A stretch of 64,000 nucleotides of DNA, taken from assembly GCA_050251055.1 (NCBI GenBank), contig JBFWNL010000001.1, positions 619,825 through 683,824 of the forward strand, in the 5' to 3' direction. The notes beneath the pieces were generated by a model. That model was not told the DNA's origin. It was given only the letters and a program-made list of their open reading frames with translations, and did not search any database. The stretch is from Bacteriovoracia bacterium (GTDB lineage Bacteria; Bdellovibrionota; UBA1018; JBFWNL01). How positions within the stretch are numbered: the stretch's first letter is position 1; each line of letters begins with the position of its first letter. This document shows, piece after piece, positions 34,023-43,569 of this stretch. Position numbers and translations under genes: made by a program.

Positions 34023-37000
34023 TTAAAGGACCGACTTGCCGTCTTCGTCGGTGACGGTGTCACCGAGGTCGAACTCAAGGGCCGTGCCGGCCTTGACGTC
34101 TTTCTTTTCCTTCTTGAGCTTGGACTCGAGCTCGTCGAAAGCCTTCGTCAGGTTCTTGAACGTCGACACGTAAGCGTCGCCCGTCGTGGCGAACGGACCG
34201 ACGTAGTAGACCTCCTGACGAATCTGACGGATCACCGGCTGGAATTTCACCAAGCTCATGCGGACCGTCTCGTTGTGGACGCTGTTCAAGGCTTCCGTCA
34301 CGAACTTCACGAGCAACGAACGCTGCTTGCGTTTGTCGTCGCGGAAGATGGACTTCTTATCTTCCTTCGACTTCTTCTTGCCTTCGGCAATCCAGTAGTC
34401 ATCCATCGCTTCCTGGTTGAGCATGTGCACCAGCGAACGACCCGTAACTCCCTTCACGGCTTGGTTGCCCGAAGTCAGCGTGCCGATGTAGGCGGCGAGC
34501 GTTTCCTCGAACGACTGCGTGACGAGCGCGAAGGTCGCGATGCGGTTAGCAATGCCCTGCACGGAGCGGTCACGATTGTTCGTATCCACGCCGACCGAGA
34601 ACGGCTTCAGATCGGTCAACTCGCGCGTGCTCGGACGGCTGAGCGCCATGCCTTCCACGGTGCGGGTATTGACCCAATCCGTCGCCTTGACACGGCTGAT
34701 GCCGGCGCCAACTTGCGTTTCGCTTCCGCCGAAGGACAGGTTCGCGTAGAGCTTACCGCCGGCCTTCACGTAGGCTTCGAGCGCGTTACCGAGCTCGGCG
34801 TCCATCGCGCCGGTGACTTCCGGCAGGATGATCATCTTACCCGCGTACTTAGACACGATCGCTTGCTTCGTGACGTTCGTGGGGATCCCCAGATCCAGGA
34901 TATCGAGCGGCATGCCCGACGCCTGAATGATGCGTTCGGCGGAATTCATGAGATCGCGATTCGCGACGATCAGGAGACCCGCAGAACCCGGGTTGTACTC
35001 CCAGGACTTGGTGCTGTTGACCGTGAAGCGGCTGAGACCCAGCAACCAGTTGCCTTCGAAGACCTGGACTTGGAACGAGAGTTCCTTACCCGCGTTCGCC
35101 TTCGGAACCGTGAGGCTCAAGGTGGCGTTACGCACTTCGTTGACGGCGATATTGCCGATGAGCACGTCGTTCTTCACCACGGTCGAAAGACCATCGAGCG
35201 AAACCATGCGGACCATCACCGACTTGGCCGAAGCCTTGTTGCTGACGTTCTTCACGGAAATCGTGGCGGTGGTTTCTTCCTCCGCGGTCACGAGATTCTT
35301 CACCGCGACCTGCGGCACGCTGTACGGGTAGCTCACCGTGAAGCGTAGCTCTTGGTTCATGAGCTGGACGTTGCGGCGGCTAGTGCGGCCATCTTCTTCA
35401 AGCACGGCGATGTTGGCGTCGACCGTGATCTGCAGAGATTGCCGAGAACCGATCGCGACATCTTGCGGAATCTGGAAAGGCAGGAGACCCGTCACCGTGG
35501 AGCGGGACTGGCTCGGGAGCGCGACCAGGTCCGTCTCGGTGGCGTTCATGAGAATGCCGTTCGAGAGCAGCTTGACCCGCACTTTCACCGGTTGGTCCTG
35601 CGAGACTTTGCCGTAGTTTTTCATCACGAGCTGGATCGATCCGGTTTCACCCGGGGCAAACACGGCGTCGCCGTTGTCTTCCACGATGCTCACCGCTTCG
35701 GCTTGCATCACCGCGAAGCCGTTGAAGTAGCTGGTCGCGATATCGGATCCCTTCTGCTTGGCCTTACCCAAGAAGTCGGTGTAGTGATCGCTGTAGCCCT
35801 TCGCAATACCGTCGGCTTTGCCGTCGGCGATCGCTTGGGTGCGACCTTGATTGTAGCCTTCCAGGCTGCCGCCGCTGCCGGTCACGCGGCCTTGGGCATC
35901 CACGGTGACCGAACCCTTACCACGGACAACGGCACCGGGATAAACTTGGCCGTAACGGATGTCACGCACCCGAGCTTCTTCGGCTTGGTAGGCGGCGGAT
36001 TTTTCCGCCGCGTAAATCACCACGCCGGTTTGCGGGTCCTGCACGCGGGCAACCGCGCCTTGGTTACGAACCGCGTTCTGGTACTGCGTGTAATCCGGAG
36101 TGCCTTGGGCATCGTACGTGATCAGGTTCATCCACTGCTCGTAGGACGAGCTCCGGGCCTGTTCAAACACGATCGGGAACGTCGCATTGAACTGGCGCCA
36201 GAAAGCGGTGCGCGCGAACTCTACGAAGTGAAAATCGTACGAGTCGTAGTACGCGTCCGCGACCTCATCGCTAAGGTAGCCGTAGTGGCGAACCGGCTGG
36301 TACTCACCCGCCGAGCGGAAGTCCGGCTCGCCGAAAGCTTGGGAAATCGCGCCGGGAACTTCGGGACCGCCGTCGTTGGCGATGGTCACGTTCTTCAGCG
36401 GAACGTTGTAGAAATCGCGCTCCGTCGCGCGACGACCTTCAGGGATGCCTACGCGGTTCGCTTCGTTCTGGGCGTTCTGCTTGCCGGCTGGGTAGCCTTC
36501 CAGCTGATCGTTGTAGCCTTGGTTATATTCGCCGTACTTGCGGCCATCGGAGCGCCCGATCGGGTACTGCTCATTGCGACCAGAGGTGCGGCCAGCCGCC
36601 TCACCGTCACGGTTCGCTTCGCTCTCGCCGCGATTCCAACCCACGGGGCCGCCTTCGCGGAAGCCGTCGATCTGGCCTTGGGCTTGGTCACGGCCCCAGA
36701 GGGAGCCTTGCTCGCCACCCATCTGGTTGCCGTAGCTGATCCCCCAGCTCGTGCCGACCGCCGCACCGGGAGCCGCGGCATCGTCGCGGCCGAACTGAGC
36801 GGCCAAGCGCTTGGCTTCGCGGATGTTCTCGTTCACTTGGCGAACGTTGGCTTCCGCTTCGTCCGATTCGCGCTTGAGATTCGCCACACCTTCGGCGCTG
36901 CGATCGCGCTGGGCCTTGGCTTCGTCACGCAGCTGCTTCTTGGCGGCGACCTGAATCTCGGCCTGCGTCAACTCCGTGGTCTTCGCTTGCAAGAGGGTCT

Positions 37001-38312
37001 TGAGCTCGACTAGGCGGTTGGCGGCGGTGATCTTATTGTCCAAATCGGTGATGGCCGCGTTCGCCGCGTCCAGCTCGCCTTTGATCTGGTCCACTTCCGT
37101 TTTCTTAGTCTGGAAGGCATTCACCGCGGCAGTTTCCGCGGCCTTCGTGGTTTGCACCGCGGTCTTAGCGGCAGCCACGGCGCTGTTCGCGTTGTTCACC
37201 TTCGTCGTCAGATCAAGCACCGCCTGATTGGCGGCGACGAGCTGCTGTTGAATGGTGGGTAGGGTCTTTTGGATTTCCGCGATGCGCGCGTTCACGCGCT
37301 GGGATTCCTGGTTCAACGTTTGGGCTTGGTGCTGGAGAGCCGCGAGCTTACGCTTAGCGGCGGCGAGCGCCTGCACGAGCGCCGGGTCCGGCTTGGTGGA
37401 ATCCGTCGCCTTGATCTTCTCTTCCAATGCGGCGATTTCCTTCGTCGTGGCGTCTTGCGCTTCTTTATTTTTTTGCATTTCGCCGGGAATAGCCTTCTGG
37501 CGCTCGACCAAGGTCGCTAGCTCCGGCCCCATTTGATTGGCCTGATTTTGAAGCTCGGTCACCTTGGCCTGGGCGGCAGTCAGCTTGCCCTGCAGGTCGG
37601 CGGCCGTCGCCTCCTTCGCGGTCAAGTCATCCTTAGCGGCCTTGGCGGCGGCCACGGCGTTGTCACGCGCGGTCTTAAGCGGCGCAAGCTGTCCGTTCAC
37701 GAGATCGAATTGCCCCTTCTTTTGATCGCGGGCAGAAACCGCGGCGGGACGACCCTGGCGCAAGGCTTGAAGGTGGTTGCGCAAGGCATTCAGCTCGGCC
37801 GGCAAACCTGGGTTTGCTTGGGTCACCGTATTGATCTCGTTCGTCGAGTTCGTGATGGTGGTTTGGATCGCGTCGCGCGCGGCGGTCGCGTTGTTCAGCT
37901 CGTTTTGACGGCGCGTGAGGTCTTGATCCAAGCGAACGAGAGAGTCCTTCGCTTGGTCTAGGCGTTGATTCGCCACCTGGGCGCGACGGCGCGCGCCTTG
38001 CTCGTCGAGATCGTTACGGTCGAAGCGGCGTTGGATCTCGTCTCCATTGCGCATACGATCGTTGCCACCGAAGCGGTCACCGAAACGACGGCCGTTCTCG
38101 GCGCGGTCGCGCTCACGATTCCAGCGATCGCGCTCATTCCGTTCGCCCGGCAGGGGCCCGCGGCGGTCACCCAGACGATCAGCGCCCGGCAGTGGCACGG
38201 GGTGCGCAACCGGAGGTTTGCGACCTGGGCGCGTCGGCGGGTCGGCTAAACCAGCGACCGAGCTAAGCACCATTACTGCACTGAGCACCAAACTGAGCTT
38301 TTTCATTTTCAT
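34023..38312 (-). CDS. Large secreted coiled-coil protein with Gly-periodic repeats and Ig-like domains
   Basis: 1429 aa; signal peptide; long heptad region; GxxxG periodic segments; DNGDAVFAPGET beta-sandwich start. Confidence 0.85.
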   Translation of the reverse strand: MKMKKLSLVLSAVMVLSSVAGLADPPTRPGRKPPVAHPVPLPGADRLGDRRGPLPGERNERDRWNRERDRAENGRRFGDRFGGNDRMRNGDEIQRRFDRNDLDEQGARRRAQVANQRLDQAKDSLVRLDQDLTRRQNELNNATAARDAIQTTITNSTNEINTVTQANPGLPAELNALRNHLQALRQGRPAAVSARDQKKGQFDLVNGQLAPLKTARDNAVAAAKAAKDDLTAKEATAADLQGKLTAAQAKVTELQNQANQMGPELATLVERQKAIPGEMQKNKEAQDATTKEIAALEEKIKATDSTKPDPALVQALAAAKRKLAALQHQAQTLNQESQRVNARIAEIQKTLPTIQQQLVAANQAVLDLTTKVNNANSAVAAAKTAVQTTKAAETAAVNAFQTKKTEVDQIKGELDAANAAITDLDNKITAANRLVELKTLLQAKTTELTQAEIQVAAKKQLRDEAKAQRDRSAEGVANLKRESDEAEANVRQVNENIREAKRLAAQFGRDDAAAPGAAVGTSWGISYGNQMGGEQGSLWGRDQAQGQIDGFREGGPVGWNRGESEANRDGEAAGRTSGRNEQYPIGRSDGRKYGEYNQGYNDQLEGYPAGKQNAQNEANRVGIPEGRRATERDFYNVPLKNVTIANDGGPEVPGAISQAFGEPDFRSAGEYQPVRHYGYLSDEVADAYYDSYDFHFVEFARTAFWRQFNATFPIVFEQARSSSYEQWMNLITYDAQGTPDYTQYQNAVRNQGAVARVQDPQTGVVIYAAEKSAAYQAEEARVRDIRYGQVYPGAVVRGKGSVTVDAQGRVTGSGGSLEGYNQGRTQAIADGKADGIAKGYSDHYTDFLGKAKQKGSDIATSYFNGFAVMQAEAVSIVEDNGDAVFAPGETGSIQLVMKNYGKVSQDQPVKVRVKLLSNGILMNATETDLVALPSQSRSTVTGLLPFQIPQDVAIGSRQSLQITVDANIAVLEEDGRTSRRNVQLMNQELRFTVSYPYSVPQVAVKNLVTAEEETTATISVKNVSNKASAKSVMVRMVSLDGLSTVVKNDVLIGNIAVNEVRNATLSLTVPKANAGKELSFQVQVFEGNWLLGLSRFTVNSTKSWEYNPGSAGLLIVANRDLMNSAERIIQASGMPLDILDLGIPTNVTKQAIVSKYAGKMIILPEVTGAMDAELGNALEAYVKAGGKLYANLSFGGSETQVGAGISRVKATDWVNTRTVEGMALSRPSTRELTDLKPFSVGVDTNNRDRSVQGIANRIATFALVTQSFEETLAAYIGTLTSGNQAVKGVTGRSLVHMLNQEAMDDYWIAEGKKKSKEDKKSIFRDDKRKQRSLLVKFVTEALNSVHNETVRMSLVKFQPVIRQIRQEVYYVGPFATTGDAYVSTFKNLTKAFDELESKLKKEKKDVKAGTALEFDLGDTVTDEDGKSVL

Positions 38313-38365
38313 GACTTTCGCGATCCTTCGTTCTCGTTCGTTATAAAATCACGCGCCGCACCAAA

Positions 38366-38382
38366 TGCATCTTCTGGACCGA
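38366..38382 (-). promoter_or_regulatory. Possible sigma54 promoter of the 1429-aa gene
   Basis: TCGGTCCAGAAGATGCA (GG-N10-GC), preceded by a similar copy with N9 spacing (TTGGTCCGAAATTGCA). Confidence 0.3.
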
Positions 38383-38566
38383 TTTGCAATTTCGGACCAA
38401 AACGGTGTTGTGACGCGTAGCGTTATCTATCGAAACAACGAAGTTATGTCAAAAGAATCCTAATAGATAAGACAGAGTGGCTTAGTTTAATAAATAGACC
38501 ATATGGAAGCGCAGCTAGGGCACCGCCTGGGTGCATAAAAGCAGAAAGATTTCCGGAAGATCAAAA

Positions 38567-39037
38567 TCAGTGCCTTTTCGGCACCAATTTATCCAACATC
38601 TCATTGAGGACAACCGCCACTTCGCGGAAGTCGTCTTCCTTACGCAGGTGCACGCGCGTGTCCACCTCGCCGTCCCGTACCTTCTCCATGACCTTTTTCA
38701 TCTGGAACATAGGGCCGGCGGTGCGATGAGAAAACAGAAGAGCGACGCTGCACATGAGCACCATGAATACGATTGACCAAATCATCAGCTTCCAACCAAG
38801 CGAGTTTAGATACGCGATGGCGGTGTCCTTAACCTCGTTGGGGAGCGAGCTAATACGCACGAAAGCCTCAAAATCCCGCTGCACGTAAAGGTGAAACACG
38901 CTCGCATTCAAAATGACGAGCACGAGCCCGAGTACGGTCATCCAAAAAATGAATTTCAGCTGGTAACGCGGATTGATCAGTAAATTGCGCACTCGGCGGC
39001 CGGGATGTCTCCCGCCGGCTCTATTTTCTTCGGTCAT
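38567..39037 (-). CDS. Two-TM HAMP-domain protein without an output domain
   Basis: RNLLINPRYQLKF, two TMs, SHRTAGP followed by HAMP (LRKEDDFREVAVVLNEM). Confidence 0.85.
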   Translation of the reverse strand: MTEENRAGGRHPGRRVRNLLINPRYQLKFIFWMTVLGLVLVILNASVFHLYVQRDFEAFVRISSLPNEVKDTAIAYLNSLGWKLMIWSIVFMVLMCSVALLFSHRTAGPMFQMKKVMEKVRDGEVDTRVHLRKEDDFREVAVVLNEMLDKLVPKRH

Positions 39038-39089
39038 TTTCCGTCCCCCCGTATCTCCGTCTCTCGACTCGTCACCCGGGGCGAGGCGC

Positions 39090-40028
39090 TTAGCGCAGGC
39101 CCTTGGTCTTTAAAAACGCGATCAATGCTTCCGGGTCATCGGAAATGATCCCATCCACCCCGGCCGAAAGCAAGTACTCCCACTCGCGGGAGTCATTCGC
39201 CGTCCAAGGGATGACCTGAAGGCCAGCAGCGTGCAGCTCGCCCACCCATTCCCGGGTCACCCAACCCAGATGCGGAGAGATGATTTCAAACCCGGCTTTT
39301 TTGGCGGCGCCGACGACATTAAGCATGAAATTCGCCGCCAAAAGGGCCGAGACCCGTTGCTTCGGGGCCTGTCGTTTCACTTCCACAAGGTAAAGATGAT
39401 TGAAGCATTGCACGACGGTGCGCGAAGCCATGCCGGCGGCGTCGATCTCCTTCAACAGAAGGCGCGTAAACTCCTTGGCCCCTGGATCCAACCCGGGCAG
39501 GGCCGGTACCGTCTTCATTTCTACGTTAAACTGCACCCGCTTGGCCTGGGGCAAGGCCGAGGTTTTCACCAAATCGAAGACCTCCCGAAGGGTCGGAATC
39601 CGCTCTCCGGCGATGCGCTTCTGCCGAGGAAATTTCGGGTTAGGCACGCTACCGCAGTCATACTGCTTCACCTGCTCCAAAGTGAGCGTACGGATCGCAA
39701 TCGGAGCCGCAGGCTTCTGACCGGCGGAGTCCACGCAGAGCTCGGGAGTGATGAACTGTTCGTGCGAGACGACTACCACGCCATCTTTCGTGACGTTGGT
39801 GTCGAGCTCTAAGGTTTCAACTCCGAGTTCAAGCGCGTAACGAAACGCGGCCAAGGTATTTTCCGGCATGACGGCGCGAGCGCCGCGATGGCCCTGCACC
39901 TCGATCTTCCGCGGGGTTGAGCCTTGAACGCTCGCCGGCGCGGCGATCACCACGAACAAGCTGAGGTACCAGTTAAACCGAACGGAGAAAGACCCGCAAA
40001 AAAATCCCTTAAACGCCGTGTAATTCAT
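39090..40028 (-). CDS. Glycerophosphodiester phosphodiesterase, probably exported
   Basis: GHRGARAVMPENT, ELD, TKDG, NVEMK, PWTAND, GVDGIISDDP. Start uncertain. Confidence 0.93.
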   Translation of the reverse strand: MNYTAFKGFFCGSFSVRFNWYLSLFVVIAAPASVQGSTPRKIEVQGHRGARAVMPENTLAAFRYALELGVETLELDTNVTKDGVVVVSHEQFITPELCVDSAGQKPAAPIAIRTLTLEQVKQYDCGSVPNPKFPRQKRIAGERIPTLREVFDLVKTSALPQAKRVQFNVEMKTVPALPGLDPGAKEFTRLLLKEIDAAGMASRTVVQCFNHLYLVEVKRQAPKQRVSALLAANFMLNVVGAAKKAGFEIISPHLGWVTREWVGELHAAGLQVIPWTANDSREWEYLLSAGVDGIISDDPEALIAFLKTKGLR

Positions 40029-40068
40029 TGGGGGGCAATATGGATGGGGAGGAGAAGGAATTCAAGTT

Positions 40069-40262
40069 AGGAATGAGTGGGGGCCGTGAACTGCTCCTCG
40101 CGTCTCTCGAAAGGCAGACTTGGAATCTCGCGATTCCAAGGGTGGTGGGCTTCAAGCGACCGATTCTTTTGAAGGAACCGGTCGTTAGATGAGGAGTGAA
40201 GAGGTATCGATGGAGGGTGACCTTCCGAAAGACTCTTCACTAGCCTTCCACTCATTCCTGAT
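40069..40262 (-). ncRNA. Candidate sigma54-dependent multi-stem RNA (sRNA or structured leader)
   Basis: 12-bp perfect closing stem 40069-40080/40248-40259 enclosing four hairpins; predicted +1 at ~40262. Confidence 0.6.
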
Positions 40263-40272
40263 CCCTCACTAG

Positions 40273-40289
40273 AGCAGGCGGGGTGCCAA
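40273..40289 (-). promoter_or_regulatory. Sigma54 promoter
   Basis: TTGGCACCCCGCCTGCT followed by CTAGTG. Confidence 0.65.
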
Positions 40290-40370
40290 CTCCGCCAATT
40301 GGAGAAACAAGCACTTAGCCGGGGCACGGAAACCAGGCACCGGGGTCGAGGGCGACACATTCACGCGGAA

Positions 40371-40404
40371 AGGCCGCACCCGGTTTTCACGCCCGGTGCG
40401 GCCT
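40371..40404 (-). terminator. Terminator-like hairpin after the repeat-protein gene
   Basis: AGGCCGCACC/GGTGCGGCCT 10-bp stem, ~30 nt after the stop at 40433; short U tail. Confidence 0.55.
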
Positions 40405-40432
40405 CCTTATAATACCCCTCTTTTTCTCAAGC

Positions 40433-41326
40433 CTAGTAGCAGTACCCTCCCGCCCGCAGATTATTCATCTTGTTCAAGGCGTTCGTGAGGTTATCATCGG
40501 CGTCGACGATTTCATTGCCGATGGCGATTCGGTTATTCCATGAGTATCCGCGATAAGCGCCGCCCCCTAAGAGCTGGCAGGCACCGCGAGCTTGCACGCG
40601 GCAGACTCCGGCCTGTTCTAGCTTACCGACGATCGATTCGATGGAGCTCATCGAATCGGCGGCAGCGACCTGCGCCCCGCCCACGCTCACGCGGAAGTTG
40701 TAGTTGTAGCTGCCGTGCGTACCGACGCCCGAGAGCGTACAGGCTTCGACAACCGTCGTGCAAACCCGCGCGGCTTCCAAATCACGCAGCTTGCTGAGCG
40801 CGGTGTCGAGGCTGTCCGCAGCGGCTAACGACGACCCATTCACGAGAATACGGTAGTTGTAATTGTACCCATTGTGAACGCCAGGACCCACTAGCTCGCA
40901 TTGGTTCACGCGAGGAGGATACGGGCCAGGCGAAGGCGGATATGGTCCGGGGATAGGGGGAGTCGGGCCATAGTTGTCCAACTCCGCCTGGGCCTCTCTC
41001 AGTAAATCTTGGATGCGGGCCGATTGGGCTCCGCTTAGGCGGTGACCGCGCTGGCGTAGATCGCGCGCCAAATCTTCGGCTTTGGCCGCCAAGGCTTGGG
41101 CCGGCCCACCCGAAGGCGGTAGGTGCGGCACCGGACGACCGGGGTTGCCGGGGCCCGAGCCGGGGTAACCCGGAGTCGTGACGGGAGGGCGTCCGATCCA
41201 ACCACTCACCGGAGGATCCGCCAAGGCCAGCTGAGAAACCCCCGAAGCGACCATCACGGCGCCCGCGACGATGGCTTTCGTTGAGATTCCCCAGGCATTT
41301 TTCCTCGAAAAGATAGACGTGTTCAT
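40433..41326 (-). CDS. Secreted Pro-rich protein with three ~53-aa two-Cys repeats
   Basis: ATG 41326 with GGAGG RBS; signal peptide (ALA); three aligned repeats. Confidence 0.85.
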   Translation of the reverse strand: MNTSIFSRKNAWGISTKAIVAGAVMVASGVSQLALADPPVSGWIGRPPVTTPGYPGSGPGNPGRPVPHLPPSGGPAQALAAKAEDLARDLRQRGHRLSGAQSARIQDLLREAQAELDNYGPTPPIPGPYPPSPGPYPPRVNQCELVGPGVHNGYNYNYRILVNGSSLAAADSLDTALSKLRDLEAARVCTTVVEACTLSGVGTHGSYNYNFRVSVGGAQVAAADSMSSIESIVGKLEQAGVCRVQARGACQLLGGGAYRGYSWNNRIAIGNEIVDADDNLTNALNKMNNLRAGGYCY

Positions 41327-41412
41327 TGGATAGTCCTCCACTCTTGATTCAGTTTGTTTTTGATTTCACACTCGCGGATTTCAGGTCCGCCCTAACTCCG
41401 GACCGGCACTAG

Positions 41413-41429
41413 TGCAACGGCGGTGCCAA
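41413..41429 (-). promoter_or_regulatory. Sigma54 promoter
   Basis: TTGGCACCGCCGTTGCA, a perfect TGGCAC-N5-TTGC match, followed by CTAGTG. Confidence 0.75.
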
Positions 41430-41510
41430 GCGCGTAAAAGCGCTCATCGGCGTTTTAAGCGAGTTTACCTCAGAGTTCCGGCGCCCGCCGGTGCCAAGGT
41501 GAGACCAATT

Positions 41511-42968
41511 CTAGATATTCGAAACGATCCGGAGGGTCTGGCCGGTGTAAATGCGGTCGCGGTGGAGGCGATTTGCCTTCCGAATGACGCCGACCGTAAC
41601 GCCGAATTTCTTGGCAATGGCCGCCAGGCTGTCACCCGACTTCACGCGATATTTGGTAAGAGCCGCACGATGATACGACTTCTTCACGATCCGTAGCGTC
41701 TGCCCGGCGTAGATTTGGCTGGATTTCAGCCCATTGATGCGCTTGAGATAAGCCACCGACAGGTGCGTACGACGGGAAAGCTGGGAAAGCGTCTCTCCTC
41801 TTTTGACCTGTACGGTGTGCGCGATTCGCGCACGATCGATCGAGGGTTCGCGACGCGCACGCAGCCCGCTCAAGCGGTAAGAGGCCAACCTCGTAACGAT
41901 ACGATCCACGGCCGCCTTTTTTTCCTGTGGCACCCAGATCTCGTATTTCTTCGATTGCGGCGAGGTCACTCCCCGCACGAGATGCGGATTCACCCGCTCT
42001 AGCTCCCCGCGCGGAATTTTCGCCAGGCGTGAAACGTCGCTCAAGCGCACCGGCGATGGAACCTCCACCGCCTCTAAGTCTGGGTAGCTTTCCGCCTTGA
42101 TGTCACCGAAGCCGAACATATCGGGATTACGGCCGATGATCACGGCGGCCAAGAATTTAGGCACGTAATCGGCGGTTTCGGCCGGGATGAAACCCCGCTG
42201 AGCGAGTGTCCAATAGTCTCGCGTGCGGCCACGACGAATTGCTCCATTCACCCGACCGGGCCCGGCGTTATAAGCCGCCATGGCCAGGTACCAAGACTGA
42301 TAATTTTCGTACAAGTCACGCAGGTGCTTGGCGGCAGCCTCGGTAGCACGAATGGGGTCTTTGCGTTCATCCACGTAGTAGTTCGACTCTAGCCCATAGG
42401 TCTTGCCGGTGGCGCGCATGAACTGCCAAACGCCGACGGCACTCGCGTGCGAGAGCGCATGCGTGTGGAACCCACTCTCAATCAAGGCGAGATAATAAAG
42501 CTCGGCCGGCACGTTGTTTTCCTCGAGGATGTTCTCGACCACTTCGCGGTATTTTTCTCCGCGATAAAGAAAACGGGTGAAGCGCTCGCGATCCTTCACC
42601 GTAAAGTAGTGGATCCACTTGCGGACCTGCTGGTTCACCTCGACCGGAATCTCGGCGAACTTGCGCCCGCCCTTCCCGTTCCCCTTTTCCTCTTCGATGC
42701 GGCCCAGCTCCTTGGCGGCGGTGGTGGCCGACTCGTCGCTAGCCTCCGTCGATTCGTCCTCCTCTACGCTGGGCTGATCTTGAAGTTTGGTGTTCGTAGC
42801 GAGGATCTCCTCGACCAGAACCTTGGACTGCATGTCTTTAGTAGTTTCCTGGGTAGCACCTGAGGCGGCGTCTCCCGTCGATTCGGATGCGGGCTTAAGC
42901 GGAGTACTCGCGCAACCGGCGGCCAAAAGGCAAAGCATGGCTCTAAAAGGGATTTTAGACAGGCTCAT
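41511..42968 (-). CDS. mltD: Membrane-bound lytic murein transglycosylase D (SLT plus LysM domains)
   Basis: Lipobox AAGC, LALIESG, AVGVWQFM, DERKDP, AAYNAG, ETADYVPK, C-terminal LysM repeats; ATG 42968 with GGAGGAG RBS. Confidence 0.9.
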   Translation of the reverse strand: MSLSKIPFRAMLCLLAAGCASTPLKPASESTGDAASGATQETTKDMQSKVLVEEILATNTKLQDQPSVEEDESTEASDESATTAAKELGRIEEEKGNGKGGRKFAEIPVEVNQQVRKWIHYFTVKDRERFTRFLYRGEKYREVVENILEENNVPAELYYLALIESGFHTHALSHASAVGVWQFMRATGKTYGLESNYYVDERKDPIRATEAAAKHLRDLYENYQSWYLAMAAYNAGPGRVNGAIRRGRTRDYWTLAQRGFIPAETADYVPKFLAAVIIGRNPDMFGFGDIKAESYPDLEAVEVPSPVRLSDVSRLAKIPRGELERVNPHLVRGVTSPQSKKYEIWVPQEKKAAVDRIVTRLASYRLSGLRARREPSIDRARIAHTVQVKRGETLSQLSRRTHLSVAYLKRINGLKSSQIYAGQTLRIVKKSYHRAALTKYRVKSGDSLAAIAKKFGVTVGVIRKANRLHRDRIYTGQTLRIVSNI

Positions 42969-43218
42969 TCTCCTCCATGAGAAACGCTTGGCCAAACCCT
43001 TCGTGGATTTGGGGTCTAGTCTTTTAGTATGACGGGGCCCTCTAGAAATGGCAACCTGCGAAAAATTTGACTGCTCCCTTACCCCATACGAACCCACCCC
43101 CCGTGGCCTATAAAAGTCAGGTATGGGGAAAACCTTTACAAATCCCAGCGCTTTAGGGTATTTGCAGGGGCGAACCCGCCAATCTATTTTTACCCGGCCG
43201 GTGTGTTAAGGAGCCGTC

Positions 43219-43539
43219 ATGGCAAATACTCGTCAGTCCGCGAAACGTTCGCGGCAAGCGCTGAAGCGCCAAACCCGTAACATCGTTATCCGCAGCGAAG
43301 CGAAGACCGTCCTGAAGAACGCCCTCCAGGCGATCCAAAAGAAGGACGTGGAAGCCGCCAAGGCCGCTTACGCCATCGCGGTGAAAACCATGGCAAAAGC
43401 CGTGAGCAAGGGCGCCGTTCCCGGCGGTCGGGCTTCCCGCAAGGTGAGCCGTCTCACCCACTTCGCCATGAAGACGCTGCCCGAAGTGCTGCCCTTCAAG
43501 GTGAACACGGTGAAGAAGTCCGCCGAAGCCCGCAAGTAA
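43219..43539 (+). CDS. rpsT: 30S ribosomal protein S20
   Basis: MANTRQSAKRSRQ...RN...KAVSKG...ASRKVSRL; AAGGAG RBS. Confidence 0.93.
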   Translation: MANTRQSAKRSRQALKRQTRNIVIRSEAKTVLKNALQAIQKKDVEAAKAAYAIAVKTMAKAVSKGAVPGGRASRKVSRLTHFAMKTLPEVLPFKVNTVKKSAEARK

Positions 43540-43569
43540 GCGCGCCTCGTCCGCTAGCACCAAAATTTC

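Noticed and set aside
34275-37013. Long plus-strand ORFs (357 aa and 553 aa) opposite the 1429-aa gene
   Set aside because: Antisense shadows of a codon-biased GC-rich gene; no RBS or recognisable motifs.
38427-38454. dif-like site (TTATGTCAAAA resembles the XerD arm)
   Set aside because: The XerC arm and 6-bp spacer do not fit; no ATAA at the expected position.
40067-40360. 97-aa ORF (62 aa from the second ATG) over the structured element
   Set aside because: No protein-like features, and its annotated start lies upstream of the sigma54 promoter. The nested stems are better explained by RNA structure, although a dual-function peptide is not excluded.
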